Assembly (NCBI RefSeq): GCF_036321535.1
Contig: NC_087436.1
Span: forward strand, 84,322,001 to 84,386,000
Reading direction: 5' to 3'
DNA from: Camelus dromedarius
Taxonomy: Eukaryota
Length of the DNA: 64,000 bases
Part shown: positions 51,901 to 64,000 of the stretch, piece by piece
Layout of the letters: each line of letters begins with the position of its first letter
Numbering within the stretch: position 1 is the first letter of the stretch
Translations under genes and position numbers: made by a program
Notes under the pieces: model-generated
The model's input: the letters and a program-made list of their open reading frames with translations, nothing else
Database searches by the model: none
What the model was told of the DNA's origin: nothing

Positions 51901-54900
51901 CAATCATGTACAATTATTCTTATTTCTTGAGATTACACATACAAACACCTGTACACACACACAACAGAGGAAGGAGCTTCAGAAAACATAACTGAGCATA
52001 TTTTTTTCATTTTGCAGCTATTTCTTACTTCTAATAACTTTATTGGGATCTGGTATACTTAAAAACTGAAAGACGGTCTAATAGCATGCCATCTTTTAAA
52101 GAGTTGCAATGTTTCAATCTCATTAATTTTGAGTTCACTACTACAGCTTTTTATTTTTATGTAAAAACATGCCCTCAACATTTTTACCTGACGGTTTTGA
52201 TACCACTGGATAGCTTGTGTGAAGACTTCAATGGCACTGTCAATATCTTCCTCATGGCTATACATCGTCACTAATGCAGACACCTATCCAGCCAAAGGTA
52301 TAAATTAGTAAATAGCATTCCTCCTTCCCTCTCAGGATAAGCTTTTTGAAAATGAAAAACATTGAATAGCAAAAAAAGGTCATTAGGCTCTCGACTAGTG
52401 CTTAATTCATAAAAATTGCTAGAGCACAATGACTAGAAATACCATAAACAACAATGGTGTTTATCTATAAAAAATACCTTTCCCCTTAAGCAGTGCCAGT
52501 TCACAGTCTGTTAACCAGTCCACAACAAGTACAGAAGTTTATAATAAATGCTTAGAAAATCAGTTTATATAATAAGACATTGCTGAGACATCCAAGATGT
52601 GATCAGTGAGGTGAACTAGCATGGCTGAACTCCCATGCTGAGCTCCATGTGGCCTCAGCTACAGAAAGCCAGTGAAAGCTTGCCTAGTGTGTCAGAGCGA
52701 CAGTAACAAGGCCTATGTGGCTGGAGTGGAGCAAGAAGGGGAGGAGCAACAGGAAATAAGGACAAAAAGGGAAACAGAAACAAAAAGCTGGATCATTGAG
52801 AAAAATCAATAAAATTAATAAACCAGACTAAGTAGGAAAAGAAGAGAACAAATAATAACAGGAACAAAATGTTCTACAAGTACTAAAAGAATAAATAGGG
52901 AATATCTGAGTGACTTTTACATCAATAAATCCAACAACCAAGATGAAACATTTTCAGCCATATGGTATATTTGATTCTAACATAATGTAATTATAGCCCG
53001 AAAGCACTACCATAACACTATTACACATTTACCAAGTGTCAACTGTAGACAAGCTAGAGGGTAAAACAGTCCCTGTACATAAATGCACATACCACCACTA
53101 CAGAATCAGTCTTTACTTGGAAACAGATGTGTTCACAGCTTTATTAGTGATCTAAGCCTGTGATGCTTGAATAATCAGAGAACTAAAAATTAAATTCATT
53201 GGCCACTTTTACTAAATTGTTTTAGCTCAAAAAAATCATACTAAAGACATGATAAAATAATTTAGGCTGAGAAATTCACTATATATGTCTTAGTTTATTT
53301 AAGGGTGGCTTTCAGTGGTAATATAAGGCCCAAGTAGTGCCTGTAGCGCCTGACACATTTGACTAAATAATCAATGCAAAGCAGAGCACAAAATGAAATT
53401 AAACTTACACCAGAAAATTGTTACTATCCTACCTACTGCTACGACGTTATGAGTATATAAAAAATGCAGAAGAAATTAAAGTGAAAACAAAAAAATGTCA
53501 CACATATCAATGGACTATTAACTCCATGACATTTCAGTCTTACAATATTTTAGTTATAAACTCACCATGCCTGGTTTATGCTTTAACTCCTCTATGCTTC
53601 TCAATATTAGACATGCTTTGGAAATATTACCTTATGAGATTAAAAACAAAATCAACATCACACTGAAGAAAAAGACAAGAAATTTAAGAGTCAAATTTTG
53701 TAACATCTCTAAATACTCAAGCTTTGGGACCTTGGGAATAATGTATTCTATTTACTCATTTTACAAATAAAGGAAATTGAGTCCTAAAGAAACACTATAC
53801 CTTGCTTATGCCCACAAAGTTAATGGCAGAGCTGCTACCAGAAAAGAAGTCTCCCGATTCACAGTCTATTGAGTTCTATTTCTCCTTCTTCAGACTGTAA
53901 CTTAAAGGTAGGAGTCCTTCCCTAAAGGCCTTGAAATACGTTACTGTAGATATGAGTGCAATGGAAAATTTCCTACAGTGTTAAAATTCTGATTTTCCAC
54001 TCATTGCAGACCTCAATAACTTAACCCTTCCAAAGTCTTTAAAGACAAAACAAAACAAACAAAAACCATTACAGACTCACTCTCCATAATTTTAATATGA
54101 TAAATAATCCTCGCAAAAATAAACTGAAAACTGGATGAGAAAAGATAAAGTGGAAAACAAGAAAAAGAAGAAAGCAAGGTGGGAAAAGAAAAGAGAAACA
54201 AAGGAGGGAGGTAAGAAATGTGAAAACAGGGTAGGCTGGTCTCAATCTGGTTTCCATTACTAACCTACTAAGGAGCCTTTTTACACATTTTTCCCCCTAA
54301 TTGCCAACTCCCCTCTACCGTATCCATGAAATTTTCACTTCAGTCATCATAATATCTAAGATTTTTTCCACCCCCTGCTCCCACCAAACCAATCACCCCT
54401 ATTGAGAATGCATGGCCGATAACAGCTGTGTGACAGAACTTTCTGTGACAATGGAAACATCTGTTTCTATGCTGTCCAACCAGTCACAAGTGGCTATAAA
54501 ACTTCTGAAATGTTGCCAGCACAACTGAGGCACTGAATTTTAAATTTCAGTTAATTTTAATTTAACTTAAAATAGCTACATATGGATAGTGGCTACCAAA
54601 TACGTACAGCACAGCTCTAGATACTCAGGGCTGGTGCAAAAATGCTAGCAGTTTTCTGTAAGATTCAAAAATGTCAGTTCTCATTAAATTTCCTTGCCTC
54701 TTCTCTACCAAAGATATGGATTGTAAAGTATAAATGAAGAATAAACAGCAAAGAAATATTGACTACTAGGATGCAAAGTAACCCTTATTTCATGCAAATA
54801 CTACCAGGTGACATGACACACCCAGGAAACTTAAGCATGGAACAGAGGCATTCTTTTCCTTCTAAAAGCTTTCAAGGAACAGATTTAGAAACAGTCTACA

Positions 54901-57900
54901 CAGGAATAACCCAAGAAAAAGGCTTACTAACTCACTACAAAATGTGCTGGAGCTCACGCAATCTAGCTTCATGTTTGAAACAGCAATAATTATACTTTAC
55001 TATTATGCAAAGGTTTTACAAATCATAGTTCACAATTACTTCAGAATCATTCCAACCATATGTTTCCATTAAAATATTTTAATCATGATGAAATAATCAT
55101 GAATACCTTGGGAAATTTTCAGCTGTGCCATGGTCAGCTTAATTTCAGCAGCATTTTCTGGATGCTGATCTGAAAATTCCTAAAATTTTTTTAGTTGGGG
55201 GAAAAAAAATCACATTTAATTTATACAACTAAATGCACGCATTCTAATTACTTATCTCGGCCTCAGCTTCATTAAATTTTAAATCCAGTTTTAAAATATT
55301 AAACTTCTGGTTTCAGGTCAAAATTTTAACTTTGGAAAAATTTTATTCAACATCCACTTTGCTTTAAAATTATGCTCTGAAAGTAAGTGCAATGATGTCA
55401 AGTTTCTAGGAAGTCATCAGTAGAGAAATAATAATTGAGATTACTACATAGATTTTTTTTTTTTTTAAAGAAAGATACTCAAATAAATGATGACTCCTTA
55501 CTAAGGGTCCCCCGCTAGGCAACTTTGCCCTCAAGATGGTCCTAATTTTACACTGTCCAACTTATTCTACCAATGTATTCTACCAATGTATTCACTTCCA
55601 ATGTATTCTACCCTCAGGAAATTCAAACATGTGATTTAACAGCTGGTCTGGATAAAAACCAAGTCAGTATCTCTGTAACTGTCTGAGGTTTTGAACTGGG
55701 ACTTAGAGAATACATTAGTGAAAAGGGGGTAAAGTTTGTTCTAGTATTTTAAATCTAAAGCAAACCCTTAACTTCATGTTAAATCAATCTCCAAATGAAA
55801 AGCATTCTTCGGGGTTTATGGCAAATATTTACTAATGCAAATTTATATAAACAAAAGCTGCAGCCCAAGAATTGACTACAGCGCTACTCTGGGATTCGTC
55901 TAGTGGTATACACATTACCTATTAGTTGTCCCATGAAATTTACAAACTTCTATGTACATTGTTGTAACATAATGAAAACGAAGCAAGGTTGCAACTACCT
56001 GACATCTCATTTAAAATTCAAGTAATTGTTTTACCTGGAGCAGCTCTATTGCTTTCATATGCTGCTTTTCACGGCAGAGCTGGGCAGCTTGGATTAACAC
56101 AGGAAGGAGATGTTCAGGACTTTGGGACTGTAAACTGGCAGATATTTTGCGGCATTGTTCTGCCTAAAAAACAATATCCACCCCCCACCACAAAAATAAG
56201 CTGGTTAATGAAGTCAAACATTATGTGAATGACCAAAAATAAAAGAAGGATGGGGGAGGTGAAAGGAAATCAGTTGGAACAAAACAGCAAGTGAAGAACT
56301 GCCTAGGATAACAGAAGTGGTTTATAGCATCTATTCTCAATTTTACCCTATAAGAAAAAGATTTCCATTTAAGTTTTGAGTTTTGAATGTAAGTTATGAG
56401 TTCTAAAAGCATTTAGGAAAGGACAAATCCTAAACATTCATTTGGATGCTTAAATTCCAGAATTTTGTTAAAAAAGAAACCAACACATCAAGTGTCAGCC
56501 TTTGTTTCAAAACAACAAAATGTACAAGTATTTCTCGCTAAAGCATTTAAGAAAAACTTGACTCAATTCTAAATAACAGTACTGCCTGTCAGTCCCTCAC
56601 TGAAAACCTCTGCCCTAGAACAGTAGGAAATCATATTTTAATTAGAATTTATCCATAGCAGAGTTATAATCTACCTCCTTAACATTTATAACTTGATGAG
56701 ATTATGCACAAACTAAAATGAAAGATGGATCTTAAATCCATAATCAGGATCTGCATTTTTGATGATTTTTACTTTAGTCTGGAGAGATTAGAAATAAGAG
56801 TATGAGAAAAATTATCTCATTTACAGCTGTGAATAGTGTTTTCTACTTAAAAGCCACCAACTGCACACCTTTACAAAAAATTGGGAAAATTACTTATTTA
56901 ACAAATACATGACACTTTGAAGTATACATGGGTTTAAGACAAAATATAAATGAAAATATAAATAGACTGGACTGATAAACTCATTATGCCTCACGTGCCA
57001 TATTCCAAAAGACTTAGCCAGGGAAGCCAGAGGTCTGTTACCTACCTGGTTTGTGTACATAGCGAGTAACGCTTTGTTAAATTCTATAGCTTGCAGCTGT
57101 TTCTTGGAAAGCTTAAACTCTACTCCTTCCGCATTGGTTAATTTCACCTTCTTCTTTGAGTCAAAGACATTTTGGTCCTGACAAAGTAAAGTTAATCCAC
57201 CATTAATGGCACTCTCAGACTTCAACTCTTTTTAACATTCCAAGGCCTTATTCCTCTTCCATTTAGTTATTTTATGTAAACACAGCAAAAGAGCTTGGAA
57301 GCTAATATACCTACCTGGCCTGTACTCCTAAGATACATATAAATTTGGCTTGGGTTCTTCATTTTCTTTTATCTTTCTACTATTTAACTTTATTTTTAGC
57401 TTTCTGAAGAAAAGTACATAGGGATTAAACAAATCTTATTGTGGAAATCAGAACTATAAAGATATCTAAATTTGCAATTTCTACAAACCATCTTTAGAAT
57501 TTAGATGACAAATGAGGAAAGTAATTTATTCCTCTCTGACATACTGTCTATATATAAGCAAATGGAATGGAATAAGAGTAGAAGACAATTAAGTCACGCT
57601 ACATCCTGTAAAGGACAAACTGGGCATCTGAGTGTTTATTATGTGCACAATATTCTAGCTTTGCTAAATGATAAATATATTTGCAAATAAGTGTTACCTC
57701 TGTGCTTTTTAAACCAGGTCTTCCACTAGTTTAAAGACCAAAAGGAGGTAAAGAAGAAATCTAAAATAAATTCTTTTTCTGAGTTGAAGCTCCAAACCAA
57801 TGTGAAATTATTTTAATGTATAGCAAGGAACTGGCTTTCATATAAATCAACCCTCAAGATATCATATTTATAGTTGGAACTCCTATGTCACTATTTTAAT

Positions 57901-60900
57901 ACTTCAATTCACCACACACGCTACTACCAGACTTCTTTTAAACTTTGCTACCATGGCACTTACCAAAAATTTTTATCTTTTAAGGCTTCCCACACCTTGA
58001 TTATCACTCAATCTAACCTATTTTTTTAAACTAGCCAACATGGATGTATCCTCTTACCTTCTGTTCTCTCACTTTCCCCCCACAAGACATAAATATTTTG
58101 TCATATGTTTATTTGCTTATGCTGTTGCTTAACCTTTCAAACCATGCCCCTTCTTCAAGGGTCAGCTCAAATTTGCCAACCCAGTCATCTTTTCTTTCAT
58201 CAAATACTGCAGTTATAAAGTATATGACAAGAATTTACTTTTAAAACTTTTTTAGTGGGGAGGTAACCAGGTTTGTTTGTTTTTAAGGGAGGTACTAGGG
58301 ATTGATCCTAGGACCTTGTACATGCTAAGCCTGAGCTGTACCCTTTCCCTCTACAAGAATTTAAACATACACAAATTTTTTCCAGCAGCAGAATGAGATT
58401 TTTTTAACTACATAATTATTAAGACCATGTCTCATATTTATTCTGCATTACCTAATGCATCCAGCACTGTATTGAATAAAAAGTCAGAAATAAATATTTG
58501 TTGACTGAAGAAAGTTCAATGTATAAATACATTTAGATTGAGCTATTTAGTACTTCACACACTCTCTTTCCCACAAATTATATCCCAGATAAAAAGAATT
58601 TGTCCTCACTGACATTTCAAATTATCCATAAACAAGGCAGGTATATGTTGCTGCTAAGAGTCAAATGCCAGCGTCAATTTTTAGAAACCTACACTATGTC
58701 AATGGCCTGCAACATCCTATAACTATTACCTCTCTTAATGCCATTATCCCACATAAGAGAATCCTCTGAATTTCTGCCACAGGAGAGAGATATCACAAAG
58801 GCCTACAGGGAGAGCACTTTGGAGTCAGAGACAGGAACCTGAATCCAAGTTCTACCTCTTACTGGCTATGACCTTATACAAATTACTTAACTCCTATAAT
58901 CAGCCTCAGACTATACTTCTATAAATTGGAGACAAGTACTTACTGCTAACTAAAAAGATAATTGTGAGGATAAAATAAAATGGCACTTGGAAAATCACAT
59001 GGCCTATCAAAAGAAACCCAATGTTAATTTTTCTAATTGCCTATTGACTTGAATTTCAAATCTGAACTGGAAATGTTTTCCAATTAAAACAATGTTCCAA
59101 ACAGTAGTTAATTTGACTAGTACAGTACTTTTTTTTTTTTTAACTTTTTTTTTAATTGAAGTATAGTTGATTTACAATGTGTGTTAAGTTTCTGGTATAC
59201 AGCAGAGTGATTCAGTAATACATAAATATGTTCTTCAAATTCTCTTTAGAGATTATCACAAGATATTGAATGCAGTTCTTTGTGTAATACAGTAGGACCT
59301 TGTTATTTAAGTTCAGTACTCTTTAGGATTGTTGATATACATGCTTGTAATATTTCATACATGGGTTGCAGGGGCAGGGTAGGGGGCATAGGGGGCAGAG
59401 AAAGAGAGAACCAGCCCATGTCTCCCCACCTACCAAATAAAAACCACTGGAAAGAAAAAACTATATATAGAAAACCTGCATTCAGACTTACTGTATGAAA
59501 AAAGTCAAAGTCCAAACAATTTACTACTCTAACAAATAGACATTCTCCATATAATAAAAATAATGGGAAATGATATTATAATTATATATTACAATGATAC
59601 AACTGTATAGAATAATAATTTTTAAAAATAATGGGAAAAGGGTAACTTTAAAGTCCAGTCCTATAACAAAAAACAAGTTTGATTACTTGAATACACCTTG
59701 TAGAATCATCATCATTGTGAGAGTTAAATAACAAGCTCTATTGTGATTTTGCTGCGTCTGGACTTAGTCATGGTAAAACTTATCCTAGAAGAAGGCTGGG
59801 GTAATATGCTTCCAGCATAAAATACAAGTGTAGGAAAGCCTTGGATATTCCATACCTTGTTAATGGTAATGATGTTATTTGCAATCACAGCTAGCAATGC
59901 CACATCTGTTGGCCTGGGAACAAAAAGCAATAGTCAAAAAGGAACAAACCTTTAAAAAGAAACCTCATCCCACATAAAAGATACTCATTTTTAATAACTC
60001 ACTCACTTTAGTTTTATTATCTGGTTGTAGAGTTGCAAAGCCTCCTCTGTACGACCCTGAAGCTGCAGAATATAGGCCATCTGCCCATGAATGATGGCCA
60101 GTTCTGCCTGTGGGTCTTCCTCAGTCCCATCCTAAGGAGAAGAAACATTTTTTTTTTCTATAAATTCTCTAAATTGATTCACATATTTATCTAGTGATTC
60201 AAACATTCAAAAGAGATACAACCCTAAAGATATATAATTTTCAGTAATTTTCCCATTGAGTCAGTTTGTTAAAATTTAGGAATTGCCACCAAAAGAGGGA
60301 AGTTTAAATGAGAATGGCAAAAAGACAGATTCTGGAAGAACACGGTGACAAGATCAGGAATATCACTCATTGATCACTTTTATTTTCTAAAATCTAAGAA
60401 TGAGAAAAAGTAAAACCCAGCATGCAAGTTTAACTTTCTACAACAATGCCACTAAATTTTGGAAACAATTTTCTCACAGAAATAATTTTTTAAATGCTTC
60501 ACTCTTAAATAATTCTAATCCAAAGATTACAAAATTTAACTAGTAATTATCACCATACAAAAAACTTCAAAAGCTGCAACTAATTTTGTAATTAAAACAG
60601 AAGCTCTCTTAACTAACACTCCAGATTAATCTATAGTTTACATTCTTCCTGAGACTGACTGATGCCCACATACAGGGAATGCTCAAGGCTAGGAGGTTGC
60701 TCTTTTTGGCCATACTGGGCACTCCCACTCTCACCTAGTAAGTGTATGCTGACCAGGAGTCAGATGTGTTTGTTTCCAATCCCACTGTGCCAGTGTGTTT
60801 CATAAGGAAATGATAAAATTTAACTACCATAAGAACTGAGTGTGAAGAGAGACTTGTTTCAATGAAAACTATGCTGAATACTCAGAAATATTTGATAAAA

Positions 60901-63424
60901 GTGAGTTCCTAAAGAAAATTATCTAATTAGGTATAAGAAAGAAAATGCTAATATGTTAGTGAAAAAAGGACTCTCTAATGAAACTAATTCACAACTGTCT
61001 TTAAGATACTAATGCACTTAAAAACAAAACAAAACTGGAGATCATGACTGTTGGATTATATGTAGATTATGTAAGAAACATGCATGGAATTCCCATGAAT
61101 AGACTCTTACTCAAAGACCTGGGCCCTACATCTAAAAACGGGAGAATGAATTTATACTTGCATGCCTTTAAAATGAAAAGTGTAATGCATATAAGATTTT
61201 TGTATTGTAATTTCTTACCCTAAGGGGTTCCATCAGATAACTGATCAAGAGAGGTTCTACTGTGATTCCTATTTAATCAATCAACATGTACTCCAAAAAG
61301 TCATAAATACTACAATGAAGTCTCCTAAAATTTTTATTATCCAGAAGTGTAAAATTTGGGTTTAACGACAGTAGAATACTTACAGAGTCTTCTGATAAAG
61401 AACGGCGGCAAAGATCTGTAGGGAAAAATAGTTTTAAAATTAACATTGCTGGGTAACTCTCATTTGTTTCACATTCCAAAGAGCAAGAACTAAATCCTCA
61501 AGCAGAAGATTTAAGATAATCTAATAACAAGCAAATTTAGAATTTATCATTAGCATCAAATACATTACATAAATATCAGTTCCTGATTATTCTAGTTCTT
61601 TGGCATTTTCTTTCACTTTGTAATCCCTAAGATAAAAAAATTTTTATGAGAATTTTAAAAATATAAATGCTACAAATGTTGACTGCAAAAAATCAATTAC
61701 AGAGAAGTATAAAAATAAAGACAATAATCCTACTGGTTTAATCCTCAGTACCTCCATTAAAATAAATCTAATTACTTCCCCTCCAACAAAAAAACAAACA
61801 AAATATTCTTGAAAAAATATATATATTGCAGACATCTTTATAATACATATCACCTACTCCACATTATTATTTTTAATGTGATAATTGTTCATGACCACAT
61901 GGTACTCTATTTTGTGGTGTAACACTTGACCAATCCTCTAATAGGATAGAAACTCATGTTTCTAGATTTTTGTTTTTATGAACATCCCTTCAGTTAACAT
62001 CCATACAGATACATATGTGAATTTATCTTATTTCCTTATTTACTTACTTCCTTAAAATAAATTTCTAACATCAAAGGGTATGTAAACCTCAAAATCCGCG
62101 ACCCTGCACCAAACTGCCCACTGCGAAGCCTGTACTGTTTTTACATTCCAACTTGCAGTGTATGAGGCTAGCCTTCTCCCATGCCACTGTCAACACTGGG
62201 TATGATCCAGACATTGTAATTCCCAAACATATTTTTCTTCTCATTATGCTCTAACCTCTGCTCTTATTTTAACCATCAAAATTTAAAAATAAAACAGATC
62301 TTGTTTCACCTTTTTTTCCTCCCCATCATTCACTGCAGTCCCTACATCACTTTTACAGCTTCCAAGGAAAAGAAGAAAGTCTAAATGTTTCAGGAGTTGA
62401 GACCAGACATAAGCCCTCTAAAAAATTATTTTTTCTCTTAATTAAAAGCTTCAAAGCATGTAGATATTGTATATGGAAACATACTAAATGAACTTAGAAT
62501 GTGCTTGAATAGTGTTATCAATGAATAAATGTAGTGTGTGTGCAGACGTGCACACACAGGCAAATCATATTATTACATACTTGTGTGTTTAGTAACAATA
62601 ATGATAATATTTACCAAATGCTTATTAACTCACTTGATTTACATTTAACAGTCAAAGTTACCTGTTTAAAAACCTACTCATTAAAGTTCAAACTTAAGGT
62701 TTGGTGTGATTGAAAATGGGTAAGTAGACTGGCTTAGGGATTAGACAGCAAGAGAGGAGAGATACAGTCCAGAACCCAAGACAAACGCTAGATGGACTTT
62801 GGGAAATTCCCACTGCATCAATAATTTCCATTTAAAAACTCCCCAAAAGTCGGAGATGGAAATGTTAGGTATCTTGATTGTGGTGGTGGTTTCATAGGTA
62901 TATACAGCTATCAAAATTCATCAAATTGTACATCTGAAATATGTGTAGTTTACTGTACAGAGATTATACAATAAAGTTTTAAAAAACAAAAACAAAACAA
63001 AACTTCCCAAAAGTCAAATGTGATGTTTGAAAATATTTCGCAAAGTTACATGCATATTACATTTACATGTAATTTTAACAAACTTCCAACCTTCAGCTTT
63101 TTGTAGGATTTTCATTGCCTGGTTCAGCTGGCCTTGTCCTATCAGTGCACATGCAGCATTGTAGCACAGTTCGTGTGTGCCTTCCTGGAGGCCCAAGTTC
63201 TCCTGTCACAGAGCAAAAACCAGTCAAACACTAGACAGAAATATTATTTCATGGCTGTGTGGGTACACAGGGATACTCACTGGAACCACTTTTTCCCAGT
63301 TGCTTTGAGCTGCAACAACTGCTGAAAGGTTTGTTTTTCTCTCCTCATCATAATCGTCCTGGGAGTTTCGGACAAGATCTCTATACACAGCTAGGCACTC
63401 ATCATAGCGTTCTAACCGGTATAA
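45792..63424 (-). CDS. SRP72: Signal recognition particle subunit SRP72, spliced CDS span (exons ~4-19; N-terminal exons outside window)
   Basis: 16 exons join in frame from LYRLERY to KGGKGGW*. Includes TPR-like helices, the K8 run and the PDPERWLP SRP-RNA-binding motif; near-identical to mammalian SRP72 as recalled. Confidence 0.98.
46605..46764 (-). CDS. SRP72: SRP72 exon ~18 (160 nt, RNA-binding motif)
   Basis: cag|GAAAAC...GAACT|gtaaga; KLPKNYDPKVTPDPERWLPMRERSYYRGRKKGKKKDQIGKGTQGATAGASSE. Confidence 0.96.
47653..47690 (-). CDS. SRP72: SRP72 exon ~17 (38 nt, poly-Lys)
   Basis: tag|ACAGGG...AAGG|gtaaga; QGDLKKKKKKKK. Confidence 0.93.
50113..50250 (-). CDS. SRP72: SRP72 exon ~16 (138 nt)
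   Basis: cag|TCTTAG...CAAGG|gtaatg; LSKHLPSSDSMSLKVDVEALENSPGATYIRKKGGKVAGDSQPKEQ. Confidence 0.95.
50251..51056 (-). other. SRP72: U12-type (minor spliceosome) GT-AG intron of SRP72
   Basis: Donor GTATCCTTTT; branch-like TTCCTAAAC at 50275-50267, just upstream of the CAG acceptor. Confidence 0.9.
51057..51134 (-). CDS. SRP72: SRP72 exon ~15 (78 nt)
   Basis: tag|ACAGAA...AAAGC|gtatcctttt; QNPKDIHTLAQLISAYSLVDPEKAK. Confidence 0.95.
51271..51374 (-). CDS. SRP72: SRP72 exon ~14 (104 nt)
   Basis: tag|CCCAAA...TGGAA|gtaagc; PKSPAHLSLVREAANFKLKYGRKKEAISDLEQLW. Confidence 0.95.
52188..52283 (-). CDS. SRP72: SRP72 exon ~13 (96 nt)
   Basis: tag|GTGTCT...CGTCAG|gtaaaa; VSALVTMYSHEEDIDSAIEVFTQAIQWYQNRQ. 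Confidence 0.95.
53566..53630 (-). CDS. SRP72: SRP72 exon ~12 (65 nt)
   Basis: aag|GTAATA...GGCATG|gtgagt; (G)NISKACLILRSIEELKHKPGM. Confidence 0.95.
54412..54620. mobile_element. MER3-like hAT MITE
   Basis: agaactttctgtgacaatggaaa...gtggctacc...cagcacag. Confidence 0.65.
55107..55179 (-). CDS. SRP72: SRP72 exon ~11 (73 nt)
   Basis: tag|GAATTT...CAAG|gtattc; EFSDQHPENAAEIKLTMAQLKISQ. Confidence 0.95.
55563..55612. repeat. 13-bp tandem repeat (tattctaccaatg), ~3.7 copies
   Basis: Read directly; third copy is imperfect. Confidence 0.85.
56035..56163 (-). CDS. SRP72: SRP72 exon ~10 (129 nt)
   Basis: tag|GCAGAA...CTCCAG|gtaaaa; AEQCRKISASLQSQSPEHLLPVLIQAAQLCREKQHMKAIELLQ. Confidence 0.95.
57046..57177 (-). 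CDS. SRP72: SRP72 exon ~9 (132 nt)
   Basis: cag|GACCAA...AACCAG|gtaggt; DQNVFDSKKKVKLTNAEGVEFKLSKKQLQAIEFNKALLAMYTNQ. Confidence 0.95.
58238..58352 (-). mobile_element. Short antisense Vic-1-like SINE (other partial copies ~31810-31872 and ~61735-61800)
   Basis: Reverse complement of the SINE body; 11-bp TSD acaagaattta (58227-58237, 58353-58363). Confidence 0.85.
59128..59310 (-). mobile_element. Truncated L1 3' end
   Basis: Poly-T, ttgaagtatagttgatttacaatg; near-TSD gtacagtact/gttcagtact. Confidence 0.8.
59856..59913 (-). CDS. SRP72: SRP72 exon ~8 (58 nt)
   Basis: cag|GCCAAC...AACAAG|gtatgg; PTDVALLAVIANNIITINK. Confidence 0.95.
60007..60131 (-). CDS. SRP72: SRP72 exon ~7 (125 nt)
   Basis: tag|GATGGG...CTAAA|gtgagt; DGTEEDPQAELAIIHGQMAYILQLQGRTEEALQLYNQIIKL. 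Confidence 0.95.
60830..61270 (+). mobile_element. Ancient Tigger-like fragment
   Basis: Weak resemblance to pogo/Tigger transposase 5' region, from recall only. Confidence 0.35.
61384..61415 (-). CDS. SRP72: SRP72 exon ~6 (32 nt)
   Basis: cag|ATCTTTGCC...GACTCT|gtaagt; (D)LCRRSLSEDS. Confidence 0.93.
63091..63202 (-). CDS. SRP72: SRP72 exon ~5 (112 nt)
   Basis: cag|GAGAAC...GAAG|gttgga; ENLGLQEGTHELCYNAACALIGQGQLNQAMKILQKAE. Confidence 0.95.
63281..63424 (-). CDS. SRP72: SRP72 exon ~4 (144 nt)
   Basis: cag|TTATACCGG...GTTCCA|gtgagt; encodes LYRLERYDECLAVYRDLVRNSQDDYDEERKTNLSAVVAAQSNWEKVVP. Confidence 0.95.
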
Positions 63425-64000
63425 CTGAAGAGATAAACAGCAAGCAAAAAGTCAGAGAAGACAAATACTGTGTTACATCCCTAACACCATACAAACCCTT
63501 TCTGGAACCACTACATAAGAAACCTAATTCAGCATAACATGGACAATCAACTGTTTCTCTGCTATAATTTTTCAATTAGTTCTGTATGCTACTAATACTT
63601 TTGAAAAGTTACTTGCAATGAATCCCTATTATATTGCATACTTGTAGGCATGATCCAGCTAGAAAAGCTATTGTACTGTCTCCATCTCGAGGTTAGGTTA
63701 AGTGCCTAAGTGCGTTGTGAAAGAATACCATTCCATAGAAACTAACCCTGTTACTTAAATCTGACTTACAACAAGAAAAATTTCCCACAGGATTACTATG
63801 TCTTGATAAACAGGAACTAAACCAGATGTTAACAGAAGGACTTAATATTTCCTAGGAGATCATTATATTCAATCTTCATTTCTCTTTCCCAGAAACCAAC
63901 AATCACCCCTTGATAGGGTAGTATCAAGTATACATAGCATAATTCTTGCTTTTTTCATTCAAATTGTTCTCACAGGGCAGTAAGAACTGCCACTCCAGGT

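Noticed and set aside
55097..55106. Further U12 donors (gtattc here, gtatgg at 59855)
   Set aside because: They lack the full GTATCCT consensus; treated as weak U2 donors.
63203..63280. In-frame retention of short SRP72 introns (78 nt here; 93 nt at 59914-60006)
   Set aside because: Both lengths are multiples of 3, but each contains an in-frame TGA.

Overview
Mammalian genomic DNA, most likely a camelid given several tRNA-Ala-derived SINEs resembling Vic-1. Three intron-containing genes lie head-to-tail on the minus strand. SRP72 has exons ~4-19 present, with its 5' end beyond the right edge. ARL9 is complete (4 coding exons, 263 aa). THEGL/SPMAP2L has coding exons 1-6, with its 3' end beyond the left edge. 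All reconstructed exons are bounded by canonical GT/AG sites and join in frame. ARL9 and THEGL start in CpG islands. Most of the rest is transposon-derived (L1, L2, CR1, MIR, MaLR/ERVL, Tigger/MER, SINEs), often nested with readable target-site duplications. I see no convincing novel multi-gene system. The best observations are a U12-type intron in SRP72, a long fold-back hairpin inside an L2, a perfect palindromic array, shifted or alternative THEGL acceptors, and a compact candidate RFX/MYB promoter abutting an L1. Gene names, exon numbers and repeat families come from recall, not database searches; repeat boundaries are approximate.
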